Below, one piece after another: positions 26,151-33,968 of a stretch of DNA of 43,197 nt (position 1 is the stretch's first letter; each line of letters opens with the position of its first letter). The notes under the pieces were generated by a model. That model saw only the letters and a program-made list of their open reading frames with translations, ran no database searches and was not told the DNA's origin. The position numbers and the translations under genes are program-made. This DNA comes from a virus, in IMG/VR virus record IMGVR_UViG_3300029360_000019; one strand, 5' to 3'.

Positions 26151-26631
26151 CCTTCATCGCCTCCAATGCTTTCTCCGCCTCCTCGCTCACAGGCGAAATG
26201 TACCCAGCAGCAATATTTTCAAGGAAGATGTTGTATGGCTGGTGAAACACGATCCCTTTGCTCACATAGGCGACTGCAAAGTGCACCCTTTTTATAAGTC
26301 GCGGAATTTCCGGATAACTTGTATCAAGCATTGTGCCGCCAGTCCCGACCGGCAGCACCGCCACGCGCCCGTCCTTGTCGGCCGCTGCCAGCTCTCGCAG
26401 GCGGTCAACGCCTCCGCATTCTCCGATCATCGTGCGAAGGTCGCTCCAATCTTTTTGAAGTGCGGCCACTTCATCCGGTTCCAGCCCCGTGTCCTCGTAA
26501 GCGGCAAGGCGTTCGCAGATTTCGACCTTAAATCCACAGTCCTCAGTGCGGCATCCCATGCCGCCGCACGGTTCTTCAAAGCATCTCGGGTAATGCGTGT
26601 GCCCATTTTTGCGTTTTGTCAGTCGTTCCAT
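26143..26631 (-). CDS. Hypothetical Cys-rich protein
   Basis: ATG 26631. ICERLAAYEDTGLEPDE motif, common in Firmicutes phage early proteins. Confidence 0.55.
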   Translation of the reverse strand: MERLTKRKNGHTHYPRCFEEPCGGMGCRTEDCGFKVEICERLAAYEDTGLEPDEVAALQKDWSDLRTMIGECGGVDRLRELAAADKDGRVAVLPVGTGGTMLDTSYPEIPRLIKRVHFAVAYVSKGIVFHQPYNIFLENIAAGYISPVSEEAEKALEAMKDD

Positions 26632-26762
26632 CACTCCACCTCCCCCTTCAGTTCGTCATACAACTCACTGAACCGCTTGTTCCACGTCCTCAGCCCGAAG
26701 AAACAGTACACGCCCAACGCGATCCACATCCCGCTGGCGATGTTTTGCAACAGATTTTCCAT
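26631..26762 (-). CDS. Small membrane protein (43 aa)
   Basis: GAGGAGGTGGAG RBS, hydrophobic GMWIALGVYCFFGL, stop overlaps the next ATG. Translated by hand. Confidence 0.45.
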   Translation of the reverse strand: MENLLQNIASGMWIALGVYCFFGLRTWNKRFSELYDELKGEVE

Positions 26763-26774
26763 CACTCCACCTCC

Positions 26775-27089
26775 TCATCCGCATATCTCTGATACCACAA
26801 TGGCAATTATTGCCGCTACGTAAACCGCGACAAAAACTGCAAAGACAGTGCAGCTCCGCTTCTTATACATCGTGTATATGGCGGTAATAAGCAGCGCAAT
26901 CAGGCTGTCGTTGGCTTTCATCAGTGCCTCGATGTGCCGCTGCTGGTTCTCGATCAGGTCAGCGGCGGCCGGAGCCAATACTTCACGACATGGTTCACGG
27001 CTTATCTCGTTCATTGGGCAATCTTCTTCGCAGTCTCGCCCCGGTTCTGCGCAGCACCGCAGCGCGGTCACGATCTCATCTCTTGTCAT
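26775..27089 (-). CDS. Hypothetical protein with C-terminal transmembrane helix
   Basis: 104 codons. Cys-rich N-terminus, hydrophobic CTVFAVFVAVYVAAIIAIVV tail. Confidence 0.55.
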   Translation of the reverse strand: MTRDEIVTALRCCAEPGRDCEEDCPMNEISREPCREVLAPAAADLIENQQRHIEALMKANDSLIALLITAIYTMYKKRSCTVFAVFVAVYVAAIIAIVVSEICG

Positions 27090-27090
27090 G

Positions 27091-27588
27091 TCATTCCTCC
27101 ATAAGTTTCATAAAACATCCCCAAAATGTCTGTGACTTCTTTCCGCTATGATGCCCGAAAAGCGGGCGTTCTCCGATTGCCGCCCAAACATCTGCAGCGG
27201 GGATTTGCGTTTCTGCCCACTTAAAAATCAGCACGCCGTCCGGTTTTAATACGCGCATACACTCGCGGAATCCGTCATGCAGCATTTCGCGCCAGTTCTC
27301 GCCGAGCTGTCCGTACTTCTTCCGCATCCAAGAGTTTTCCCCGACGCGGCGAAGGTGCGGTGGATCAAAAACGACAAGAGAAAATGTGTTGTCCAAAAAC
27401 GGAAGATCCGTAAAATCACACTGTATGTCTGGGTGCACGACGCAGGTTCGTTCAGAATCGCGGTTTGTGTTCTTCCAAATCCCCGTATATTCCTCGTCCC
27501 GCGCATCGCAGTAGATTGCGGCAGGATGGTTTTTGTTAAACCATATCGTCCGAGATCCGCAGGTGGCATCAAGAATTTTCTTTGTCAT
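27091..27588 (-). CDS. Small SAM-dependent methyltransferase (DPPH motif; amino-methyltransferase type)
   Basis: Start ATG 27588 behind GGGGAGGAA. LDATCGS (motif I-like) then VVFDPPH (motif IV-like). Confidence 0.7.
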   Translation of the reverse strand: MTKKILDATCGSRTIWFNKNHPAAIYCDARDEEYTGIWKNTNRDSERTCVVHPDIQCDFTDLPFLDNTFSLVVFDPPHLRRVGENSWMRKKYGQLGENWREMLHDGFRECMRVLKPDGVLIFKWAETQIPAADVWAAIGERPLFGHHSGKKSQTFWGCFMKLMEE

Positions 27589-27589
27589 G

Positions 27590-28660
27590 TCATTCCTCCC
27601 CAAACCATTTTTTCGTCACGGCAATGGGAAACTCTTCGATCTCGCTTGCCCAGCGCGCCGTACCCTTGCCGTTGTGCCGCTCAAACACCAGCGGAAAGCC
27701 GCCGATGCCATCAAACAGGCTGCCCATCGTAACAGGGCGAAGATATTGTGCGCTGATCCGCTTTGCCAAAAAGTCCCAGAAGGGCAATGCGATGGAGTTG
27801 CCCAGCGCCTTATACCGGGGGCTGTCCGCATCCTTGTGGCGCTTGCCTTTGCTGTCCATCCACTCGCCAATGTCTGTCCAGCCGTTCGGGTAGCCCTGCA
27901 GCCGTTCGCACTCCATCGGGGTCAGGCGGCGCACCACCATGTTCTGCACGGGGTATGTCTCCGCGTCTTCCCGGTATGCGCAGGCAGCCTTTGCCCGCAG
28001 TGCGTGTGCCACCTCCGGTGTTGCCCCGCACACCAGCATATCGTTATAAGCATCCTGCCCGTTATAGCTCCCAGCATGGGCACCGGGAGAAAGCGTTCCC
28101 GTTACGGTTTGATACGTCAGCGGCACTTGATTGCCGCCTGTTCCCATACGGGCTTGCAAACTCGGAGCGATCTCTCCGCAGTCCCGAATGACATCGCAAG
28201 CGTGCGACATATCCAGCGCCACAAACGTCTGGCAGTGCATACCGACCTCCGCAGCAAGCGCCACTGCCTTATCCCCCACGTTGCGAACCTCTTCGCGCTG
28301 ATTTTGCGCAAAAGCGATGACCGCTGGCTGGTGTCCATGCTTCTGTGCTCTCAGCGTGCCGGAAACATCATGGCTCACGCCCATCACATTCCCGCCTTGA
28401 TCGTTCAGGCACATCACCGCCGGTTTATTCCACCCACACTCTGCGTTCAACGTGGGCGATTGCTCTTCGGCGTATCCGATGCTCCGGGCCTGTTCGCTGT
28501 TCCCCAGCTTAAACCCGGCGCAAACCGCCGGTCGGTCGATGCCGTTTCCCTGCAAGCATGAAATCGTCTGGTCGTTGCCGGTGCCCAGCGTCCCGCTCTT
28601 GTCCTCCTGCACTAAAGTGCCTTTTCCTCCTCCGTCACAGACTCCTGACCCGGACTGCAT
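27590..28660 (-). CDS. Cytosine-5 DNA methyltransferase, distal part: TRD, motifs IX and X, then motifs I and II at the C-terminus
   Basis: RRLTPMECERLQGYP (IX), YKALGNSIALP (X), GSLFDGIGGF (I), WASEIEEFP (II). The frame is open upstream to 29074, but that stretch overlaps the other part in the +1 frame. ATG 28660 is the first in-frame ATG near the junction. Confidence 0.7.
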   Translation of the reverse strand: MQSGSGVCDGGGKGTLVQEDKSGTLGTGNDQTISCLQGNGIDRPAVCAGFKLGNSEQARSIGYAEEQSPTLNAECGWNKPAVMCLNDQGGNVMGVSHDVSGTLRAQKHGHQPAVIAFAQNQREEVRNVGDKAVALAAEVGMHCQTFVALDMSHACDVIRDCGEIAPSLQARMGTGGNQVPLTYQTVTGTLSPGAHAGSYNGQDAYNDMLVCGATPEVAHALRAKAACAYREDAETYPVQNMVVRRLTPMECERLQGYPNGWTDIGEWMDSKGKRHKDADSPRYKALGNSIALPFWDFLAKRISAQYLRPVTMGSLFDGIGGFPLVFERHNGKGTARWASEIEEFPIAVTKKWFGEE

Positions 28661-29252
28661 AAGAAGCACCGCTTTCAGCGTTTCCGGCAAGTCTTTCCCA
28701 CGCCGTTCCGCTCTCCGCAGGATGCCTTGACACGCTTTTGCGCTCAAAGAGTATTTCTCCTGCGGTGTCGCCTCCAAAATCTGCGACAACCGAGATCCGA
28801 CGGCGGCGTTGGGGGACTCCCCAGTATTGCGCGTCATGCACTCGCCAAGCCACGCTCCATCGTCCTCCCACTTCATCGTGGTAGCCACCCCAAGTTGGCC
28901 ATCCTTTTTCAGGTACTTCAATATCGGGGGCTTCCGGCTCTGCGATGCGGATGATCTCTTCAAGGACTGCCGCGAAGTCTCGCCCTTTGTTGCTGCTGAA
29001 TGCTCCGGGCACATTTTCCCAGACCATAAACCGAGGTCGGACCATGTCACCTGTCCGTCCGCTCTTTCTGTCACGCTCTCTCATCTCCTTTACGATGCGG
29101 ATATGCTCCATGAACAATCCGCTCCTTGCACCGGCCAATCCGGCTCGTTTTCCTGCAATGCTCAAATCCTGACACGGCGATCCGCCCGTGATAACATCCA
29201 CGGCTTCGATCTCTGCACCGTTGATTTTCGTAATATCGCCGAGGTGCTTCAT
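28635..29252 (-). CDS. Cytosine-5 DNA methyltransferase, proximal part: motifs III to VIII only
   Basis: MKHLGDI (III), GGSPCQDLSIAG (IV), ENVPG (VI), QYWGVPQRRRR (VIII). GGAGGAACGGAG RBS. No motif I upstream. Confidence 0.8.
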   Translation of the reverse strand: MKHLGDITKINGAEIEAVDVITGGSPCQDLSIAGKRAGLAGARSGLFMEHIRIVKEMRERDRKSGRTGDMVRPRFMVWENVPGAFSSNKGRDFAAVLEEIIRIAEPEAPDIEVPEKGWPTWGGYHDEVGGRWSVAWRVHDAQYWGVPQRRRRISVVADFGGDTAGEILFERKSVSRHPAESGTAWERLAGNAESGASYAVRVRSL

Positions 29253-29271
29253 CTCCGTTCCTCCCGTTTTG

Positions 29272-29967
29272 TCATTGTAGCCTCCAATTCTGCTTTTTGC
29301 CGATGTTCAGCATATAATCCTTCGCCCTCTGGTTGATCCTGCTCCCGATTGCCTCGTCCCAGCTCAAAATGCGGTCAATGGTCAGTTCCGTGGAGATAAT
29401 CGTGATTGCATCCGGGTTGATATACCTGGCATTCAGCAGGTCAAAGGCGATGTTTTTGTCGGCATCCGTTACGCTCCCCTTGAGAAAATCGTCGATATAC
29501 AGCGCACGGACGGTTTTCAGCGGCTGCATGGCTTCGGCGTATGCTTCGGCATCGTTGGTCTTTGCCTTGATTGCCGGAATATCTCCCCGCCATTGCACAT
29601 ACCGCACTGGGATTCCTCCGTCCATCAGCTTGGCGCAAATCGCCGTACACAGGTGTGTTTTCCCAGTGCCGGGAGAGCCTCCGATGAAAAACCACTTGCC
29701 TTTCCAGTCGGTCAAATACTTCTCCGCCGCCTGCTTTGCGGCCTGTTGCCAATACTCCTGAGTTTGGAACGACTCAAAGGTGCAGCTATCCAGCAGTCCC
29801 AGAAGTCCGGAACGCTCCATGCGAAGCCTATTCCGACGAATGATCTCACATTTGCAGGTTCTACTCACCAGTTCGCCGCTTTCCGTGCGCCGGACGGTGT
29901 AGCCCAGCCCGCCGCAGATGTCACAGCCATGTTCCGACATGGTATTCTTGCTTTGTTGGATGTTCAC
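29272..29967 (-). CDS. DnaC/IstB-like helicase loader ATPase
   Basis: GTG start behind AAGGAGG. Walker A GGSPGTGKTHL, Walker B LYIDDF, N-terminal CDICGG...CKC. Confidence 0.8.
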   Translation of the reverse strand: MNIQQSKNTMSEHGCDICGGLGYTVRRTESGELVSRTCKCEIIRRNRLRMERSGLLGLLDSCTFESFQTQEYWQQAAKQAAEKYLTDWKGKWFFIGGSPGTGKTHLCTAICAKLMDGGIPVRYVQWRGDIPAIKAKTNDAEAYAEAMQPLKTVRALYIDDFLKGSVTDADKNIAFDLLNARYINPDAITIISTELTIDRILSWDEAIGSRINQRAKDYMLNIGKKQNWRLQ

Positions 29968-30598
29968 CGGCTTCCTCCTTTCTGCGCTTCTCCCAGGTTC
30001 TGACGGCAGCCTTCCAGTCCTTCATGCGGTTTTTCCCAACCATCCATCCCTTGCTGGCGTAGAAATCGACGAACTGCTGTGCGTCAACCGCAGACCCCCG
30101 TTCTGCGATATAAGCCTGAACTTCCGCCAAAGATGGGGGAGAGAAGCGCGCTTCGCGCGCGTCATTCTCGCTTCTCGATTCTCGTATATCGATTCTCGAT
30201 TCTCGATTCTCGAATACGGGGACATCTGCATCCATTTGTTTGCAAATGATTTCATCTGCTTGCGTAGGCTCTACAGGCTCAGGATATTTGCTTTCCTTTG
30301 CTCTCTGGTTCTGATACTTACCCCATGTTGGTAGGTAGAGGAAGCGCTTGCCCTGTGAAGTATAAAGGGCAACCAATCCAGCACTCGCCAATCCATGAAG
30401 GGCGTTTTCTACAGTTTTCAGAGTAAGATTTTCTTTCAAAGGAAATAGCCTGTTTTTGATAATTGCGGCCCGTCCGTCATAGCGCCCGAAATCATCGCAA
30501 GAAACAATCAGCCGATAGAACAAGACCTCCTCGAACCACGAAAGCCGATCTATGCTGTCGCTGGTGCAGATGCTCTCGCGTATGATTCTGTTCGGCAT
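29921..30598 (-). CDS. Phage replisome organizer (DnaD-like C-terminus)
   Basis: N-terminal IRESICTSDSIDRLSWFEEVLFYRLIVSCDDFGRYDG and C-terminal FVDFYASKGWMVGKNRMKDWKAAVRTW are typical of this family. Confidence 0.8.
   Translation of the reverse strand: MPNRIIRESICTSDSIDRLSWFEEVLFYRLIVSCDDFGRYDGRAAIIKNRLFPLKENLTLKTVENALHGLASAGLVALYTSQGKRFLYLPTWGKYQNQRAKESKYPEPVEPTQADEIICKQMDADVPVFENRESRIDIRESRSENDAREARFSPPSLAEVQAYIAERGSAVDAQQFVDFYASKGWMVGKNRMKDWKAAVRTWEKRRKEEAGEHPTKQEYHVGTWL
30164..30212. repeat. Seven tandem 7-bp units (ATTCTCG x5 plus CTTCTCG and TATATCG) inside the replisome organizer gene; origin candidate
   Basis: Read directly. Adjacent palindrome GAAGCGCGCTTC at 30143-30154. Confidence 0.8.
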
Positions 30599-30610
30599 CG
30601 GCGCACCGCC

Positions 30611-30991
30611 TTAGAACGGCAAATCGCCGTCGTCCTCGGCAATCTCCTCGAATGTCTGTGCGGGCTTCTGTGGTGCGCTGTCCTTGCTGCCGCTGAAATG
30701 TACCCGGTCCGCCGTCAGCTCCACCACCGTGCGCTTGTTGCCGCTGTTATCCTCGTATTCCCGGCTGGAAAGTTTGCCCTCCACGACGATCTCCTTGCCC
30801 TTAGCAAAGTGCTTGCAAATCATCTCTGCCGTGCTCTGCCATGCCACGCAGGAGAGAAACAGCTTCGTTTCTCTGTCCTTTACCTTCTCGCTCCATGCCA
30901 CACGGAAACTGCACACCGCTGTTCCGCTGTTGGTGCGGCGCAATTCGGGGTCAGAGCAAAGCCGCCCCTGCAAAATCATTCTGTTTACCAT
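30611..30991 (-). CDS. ssb: Single-stranded DNA-binding protein
   Basis: OB-fold-type N-terminus and acidic tail ending DDGDLPF. Confidence 0.9.
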   Translation of the reverse strand: MVNRMILQGRLCSDPELRRTNSGTAVCSFRVAWSEKVKDRETKLFLSCVAWQSTAEMICKHFAKGKEIVVEGKLSSREYEDNSGNKRTVVELTADRVHFSGSKDSAPQKPAQTFEEIAEDDGDLPF

Positions 30992-31002
30992 CGTTTTCCT
31001 CC

Positions 31003-31293
31003 TTACAAATAGCTTTTTCCAAATTCGCTGCGGAAGTCATCTTCCGTCCATCTCTGTTCCTGCATGGCCGTTAACTGGCCGTATCGGCGAAGCAGACGCA
31101 TTTGATTCCCGTTTCGGTGTACAGCGTTTCCACCGTTCCTGTGGCATCGTTCGCCGCAGAGATACACCACAAGGCCGTATTTCTCGCTCTTGTTTCGGTA
31201 CGCACCGCCGAAGATGTGGTGCCGCTCCAGCGGGTCACTTGCGCCATTTCTGCCGCACAGGAAACACCGTCTTTCATCAGTCACCTTTATCAC
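31003..31293 (-). CDS. Small Zn-binding HNH-like protein
   Basis: CFLCG...HHIFGG...LCGERCH pattern. The family assignment is tentative. Confidence 0.5.
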   Translation of the reverse strand: MIKVTDERRCFLCGRNGASDPLERHHIFGGAYRNKSEKYGLVVYLCGERCHRNGGNAVHRNGNQMRLLRRYGQLTAMQEQRWTEDDFRSEFGKSYL

Positions 31294-31837
31294 CTCCCAG
31301 CGGTTGAGCTTCGCCCCAGCGGGATTTTAGCGCATCCAACTCCTGCGGTGTCATAGTCTCGATTCCAGCTTCTCGGCAATCGGCAACAATCTGGTCAATC
31401 AGCCGTGACATCTGCTCTGTGTCGTAGGTGCTGGAGCCGTACCAAACCGCCACGTTCACGCAGCCAGGAATTTTGCTTGGCCCTTGTTCCGCCATCCAGC
31501 CGGTTCCTTTCGCCTCCCATCTGCGGCAGAACTCGTCCGCCGCCTTTGATACCATGCACACGACATCGCTCACACCACCGATGATCCTGATTTCTTCCCG
31601 GTACACATCATTCCTCGGAATCCCATAGTGTGCCGCCAGTTTATCCAGCAAAACCCACGCATAAGCATTTGCGTCAAGGCTCCTGCCCTTGCGCTTGATC
31701 TGCGCCACATACTGCTTGTCCGGCTTCATCTCGTCACAGATGGTCATTGCAGAGGTGGGGGACTGCACCCGGAGGCACAGCCACGCCCCATCGCTGTCCT
31801 GCTGCCACCGTGCGGCGGTCACATCAGCCTGCAACAT
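31277..31837 (-). CDS. NinB/Orf-like recombination mediator
   Basis: RSLDANAYAWVLLDKLA and the C-terminal ...LKSRWGE parallel lambda NinB (RSLDQNRKLWA..., ...WKARWG). Confidence 0.6.
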   Translation of the reverse strand: MLQADVTAARWQQDSDGAWLCLRVQSPTSAMTICDEMKPDKQYVAQIKRKGRSLDANAYAWVLLDKLAAHYGIPRNDVYREEIRIIGGVSDVVCMVSKAADEFCRRWEAKGTGWMAEQGPSKIPGCVNVAVWYGSSTYDTEQMSRLIDQIVADCREAGIETMTPQELDALKSRWGEAQPLGGDKGD

Positions 31838-32417
31838 TGCCCTGCTCCTTCTTCGCGGCCTTCATGCAGTCGGCGCACATCTGCGCTCCGTAGCGGCCCT
31901 TGGAGTACTTAACCATGTCCTTTACCGTCCACATTTCGCCGTTGCGCTTCTTGACGGACACAATGTCAGCTCCACATCGCTCACACACCGGAGCGGCGTT
32001 CCGCTCCTTCTCGTCCAGCTCGGCGGAGGAAATTTTGTCTGGGTCCTCGCCGGTGGGAAGCGCAAAGGTCCGCAGCCACATATACTTAAACGCATAGGTC
32101 ATGGCCTTGCCGCTGCCCTTGTCTTGTGTGTCTGCGCCATCTCCGCAGGATGCAATCTCGATGTATTCCTCCGGGTTTTCCACGTTGACCATGCGGTAGA
32201 TGACATCCACGTGGGTAATGTTCCCAGTTCTCCCGGCTGTCTGTGCGATGGGGTATACAACCAGTTTGTGTTTCAGCAGTTCCGCACGCATGATGGAGGT
32301 TACTTTCCCCTCGCTCAGTGCCTTGTATTTGTTGCTGCCGACCTCAACATGATCGTCCTTTGCCAGATACTGGACATCCTGCATGATTGCAGCGATTTTC
32401 TCATAGATATTCATCAT
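31824..32417 (-). CDS. ERF-family single-strand annealing protein
   Basis: GSGKAMTYAFKYMWLRTFALPTGEDPD region is typical of ERF recombinases. Confidence 0.75.
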   Translation of the reverse strand: MMNIYEKIAAIMQDVQYLAKDDHVEVGSNKYKALSEGKVTSIMRAELLKHKLVVYPIAQTAGRTGNITHVDVIYRMVNVENPEEYIEIASCGDGADTQDKGSGKAMTYAFKYMWLRTFALPTGEDPDKISSAELDEKERNAAPVCERCGADIVSVKKRNGEMWTVKDMVKYSKGRYGAQMCADCMKAAKKEQGNVAG

Positions 32418-32614
32418 TCGGTTTTCTCCTCATCAACAACTTGTAGCGGGCAATATGCCCCGACGATTCGTGTGTCCAGCAAATACTCCCCCGTGCGGCG
32501 GCATTGATTTCGTGAATACGTCTCCAAAAGTGGGCAGAGGTTACAGCACATTTTCCCCTCTGGGAATGGGATTTCCACTGTAGCTTTTATGTACCGGAGG
32601 ACGCCGTTTATCAT
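32414..32614 (-). CDS. Small Cys-rich hypothetical protein
   Basis: 66-codon ORF coupled at both ends. Confidence 0.5.
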   Translation of the reverse strand: MINGVLRYIKATVEIPFPEGKMCCNLCPLLETYSRNQCRRTGEYLLDTRIVGAYCPLQVVDEEKTE

Positions 32615-32931
32615 CCCAAGCCCCCCTTATGCAAAAACTCCGAGAGATACTCACCCTCCGTCAGCTCGGAAATATAATCAAGCTGCACATCGGAGAACTT
32701 CCGTATAGCCAGCTTGAAATTTCCGATTGTTTCCAGCTCGCACTTGTGGCACATAGCAGACTTCATCGGCTTCCAGCCGTGGCAAACAGGACATTCATCC
32801 GCTTCTCCGGGGATAATCTCCTCTCCGCACTCTGGGCAGACATAAATTATGCTGTTTCCGCACTCATCGGACTTTTCCTCGATGTAATCCAACGAATGGA
32901 ACGCTGCCCCACAATAATCACACAAATACAT
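32611..32931 (-). CDS. Zn-ribbon protein
   Basis: Start ATG 32931. CDYCG...CPECG...CPVCHG...CHKC. Confidence 0.55.
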   Translation of the reverse strand: MYLCDYCGAAFHSLDYIEEKSDECGNSIIYVCPECGEEIIPGEADECPVCHGWKPMKSAMCHKCELETIGNFKLAIRKFSDVQLDYISELTEGEYLSEFLHKGGLG

Positions 32932-32951
32932 CGTCTTTCCCTCCGTTTGTG

Positions 32952-33041
32952 TTACTTCCCGTCCAGCTTGTCCAGCAGCCGCATGAAGCCGTAAACCGCC
33001 GTCCCGGCTCCCAGATACACCAGCGCCCATGTCAGCGTCAT
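32952..33041 (-). CDS. Tiny membrane protein (29 aa)
   Basis: GGAGGAG RBS, MTLTWALVYLGAGTAVYGFM. Translated by hand. Confidence 0.35.
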   Translation of the reverse strand: MTLTWALVYLGAGTAVYGFMRLLDKLDGK

Positions 33042-33057
33042 TCCGTCTCCTCCTTGC

Positions 33058-33213
33058 TTATAGATCCGCCGGGTCATATGCGCACAGCGTGTCGCACATA
33101 CCCTTGCAGGGGCAGGCCGGGCAATCGCACTCCAGCGGGCTCTTCTCTTCGCACAGCGCATCGTGCCGTGCCAGAAAAGCATCCTCCAGCACCCTGTATT
33201 CCTGTCTGCTCAT
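33058..33213 (-). CDS. Small Cys-rich protein (51 aa)
   Basis: ATG 33213 overlaps the upstream stop (ATGA) behind GGAGGAG. ECDCPACPCKGMCDTLC. Translated by hand. Confidence 0.45.
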   Translation of the reverse strand: MSRQEYRVLEDAFLARHDALCEEKSPLECDCPACPCKGMCDTLCAYDPADL

Positions 33214-33413
33214 GTCTCCTCCTCTCTCTCCTCAATCCACGCATCTAGCTTCTTTTTAAAAATCTGAAATACCCGGCTGCGGTCGGTGCGGATGCACACG
33301 CCGAATGGGTACACACCTTGCTCCAGGCCGTCGGCCAGGGTGTCAGAACAAAGGCTCAAGCCTTTATCTCTAAGATACTTCGATGCCTGGTGCAGCGTCA
33401 TGGTTTCGATCAT
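33210..33413 (-). CDS. Excisionase-like / MerR-type HTH DNA-binding protein
   Basis: 67 codons. MTLHQASKYL... HTH start. Second gene of the early operon. Confidence 0.55.
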   Translation of the reverse strand: MIETMTLHQASKYLRDKGLSLCSDTLADGLEQGVYPFGVCIRTDRSRVFQIFKKKLDAWIEEREEET

Positions 33414-33604
33414 TTGTCATCCTCCTTCTTCAACAGCTCGTCCACCGTGCAGCCGTACAGCTCGGCGATCTCCGGCAAGCGGCTGGCCCTCGGTGCCTGC
33501 GTGCCGGTCTCCCACATGTAAACCGCCGCATCCGTCACCTTTAGTTTCTCGATGACCTGCCGGACACTTAGCCCAGCGGCCAATCGAGCGCTGCGAAAAC
33601 TCAT
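33410..33604 (-). CDS. Cro-like XRE-family HTH regulator
   Basis: Start ATG 33604 behind GGAGGTG. LSVRQVIEKLKVTDAAVYMWETG HTH. Divergent from the CI-like gene. Confidence 0.75.
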   Translation of the reverse strand: MSFRSARLAAGLSVRQVIEKLKVTDAAVYMWETGTQAPRASRLPEIAELYGCTVDELLKKEDDK

Positions 33605-33639
33605 TCTTTCACCTCCAGTTTGCATTTACTTAGTTTTCG

Positions 33640-33688
33640 TTGACTGTGGCGGGGGAATTTGTTATACTGCCTTTAGCCCTTGCGGCAA
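33640..33688. promoter_or_regulatory. Back-to-back promoters with overlapping -10 boxes
   Basis: Plus strand TTGACT (33640-45), 17 nt, TATACT (33663-68). Minus strand TTGCCG (33688-83), 16 nt, TATAAC (33666-61). Confidence 0.55.
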
Positions 33689-33968
33689 ATTTAAGGAGGT
33701 GGACTTTTTGACCAACCTTTTGACTTTGCCCGTTCCAGACCGAAGTACCGGCGCAATGCGATAGGGTCAGGCTGCCCCAGAACTGCCAAAGTGAGCGGTG
33801 CGTCACAGAAACGGAAGTCCGTTTTTCGTCAGACTGGCATTTCCGAGCCGCAAGAATGACGGCTTGGCCATCGGCTAAGGATTGCCGGTGAACAGTCTGT
33901 GCAGCGCACTCTGGTAACAAATCTGGGAGGAAAACGCCCGCAAACGGACTGCGGGTGTTTTTCTTTTC
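33675..33968 (+). ncRNA. Candidate about 290-nt non-coding transcription unit of the immunity region (contains an 18-codon TTG ORF behind AAGGAGGT)
   Basis: Promoter upstream and intrinsic terminator at 33934-33968. Three-way junction closed by CAGACTG/CAGTCTG (33830-36 / 33893-99). No long ORF with coding character. Confidence 0.4.
33934..33968 (+). terminator. Intrinsic terminator
   Basis: ACGCCCGCA / TGCGGGTGT stem (one G-T pair) followed by TTTTTCTTTTC. Confidence 0.7.

Noticed and set aside
28661-29074. N-terminal 138 codons of ORF 27590..29074 (WSGKMCPEHS...LSQILE...KYSLSAKACQGILRRAERRGK) overlapping the proximal methyltransferase ORF in the +1 frame and looking protein-like
   Set aside because: The other frame over the same bases carries motifs VI and VIII, so it is certainly the selected frame. 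For example GKMCPEH is simply WENVPGA read +1. Open alternative frames are common in this genome. I treat the stretch as a hitch-hiking open frame rather than an overlapping gene. Dual-frame conservation analysis would settle it.
30164-30212. CRISPR array among the tandem repeats (7-bp array, 69-bp LRR units, 174-bp tape-measure units)
   Set aside because: None has the repeat-spacer organisation. All lie inside ORFs and are contiguous tandem units without unique spacers. No cas genes are present.
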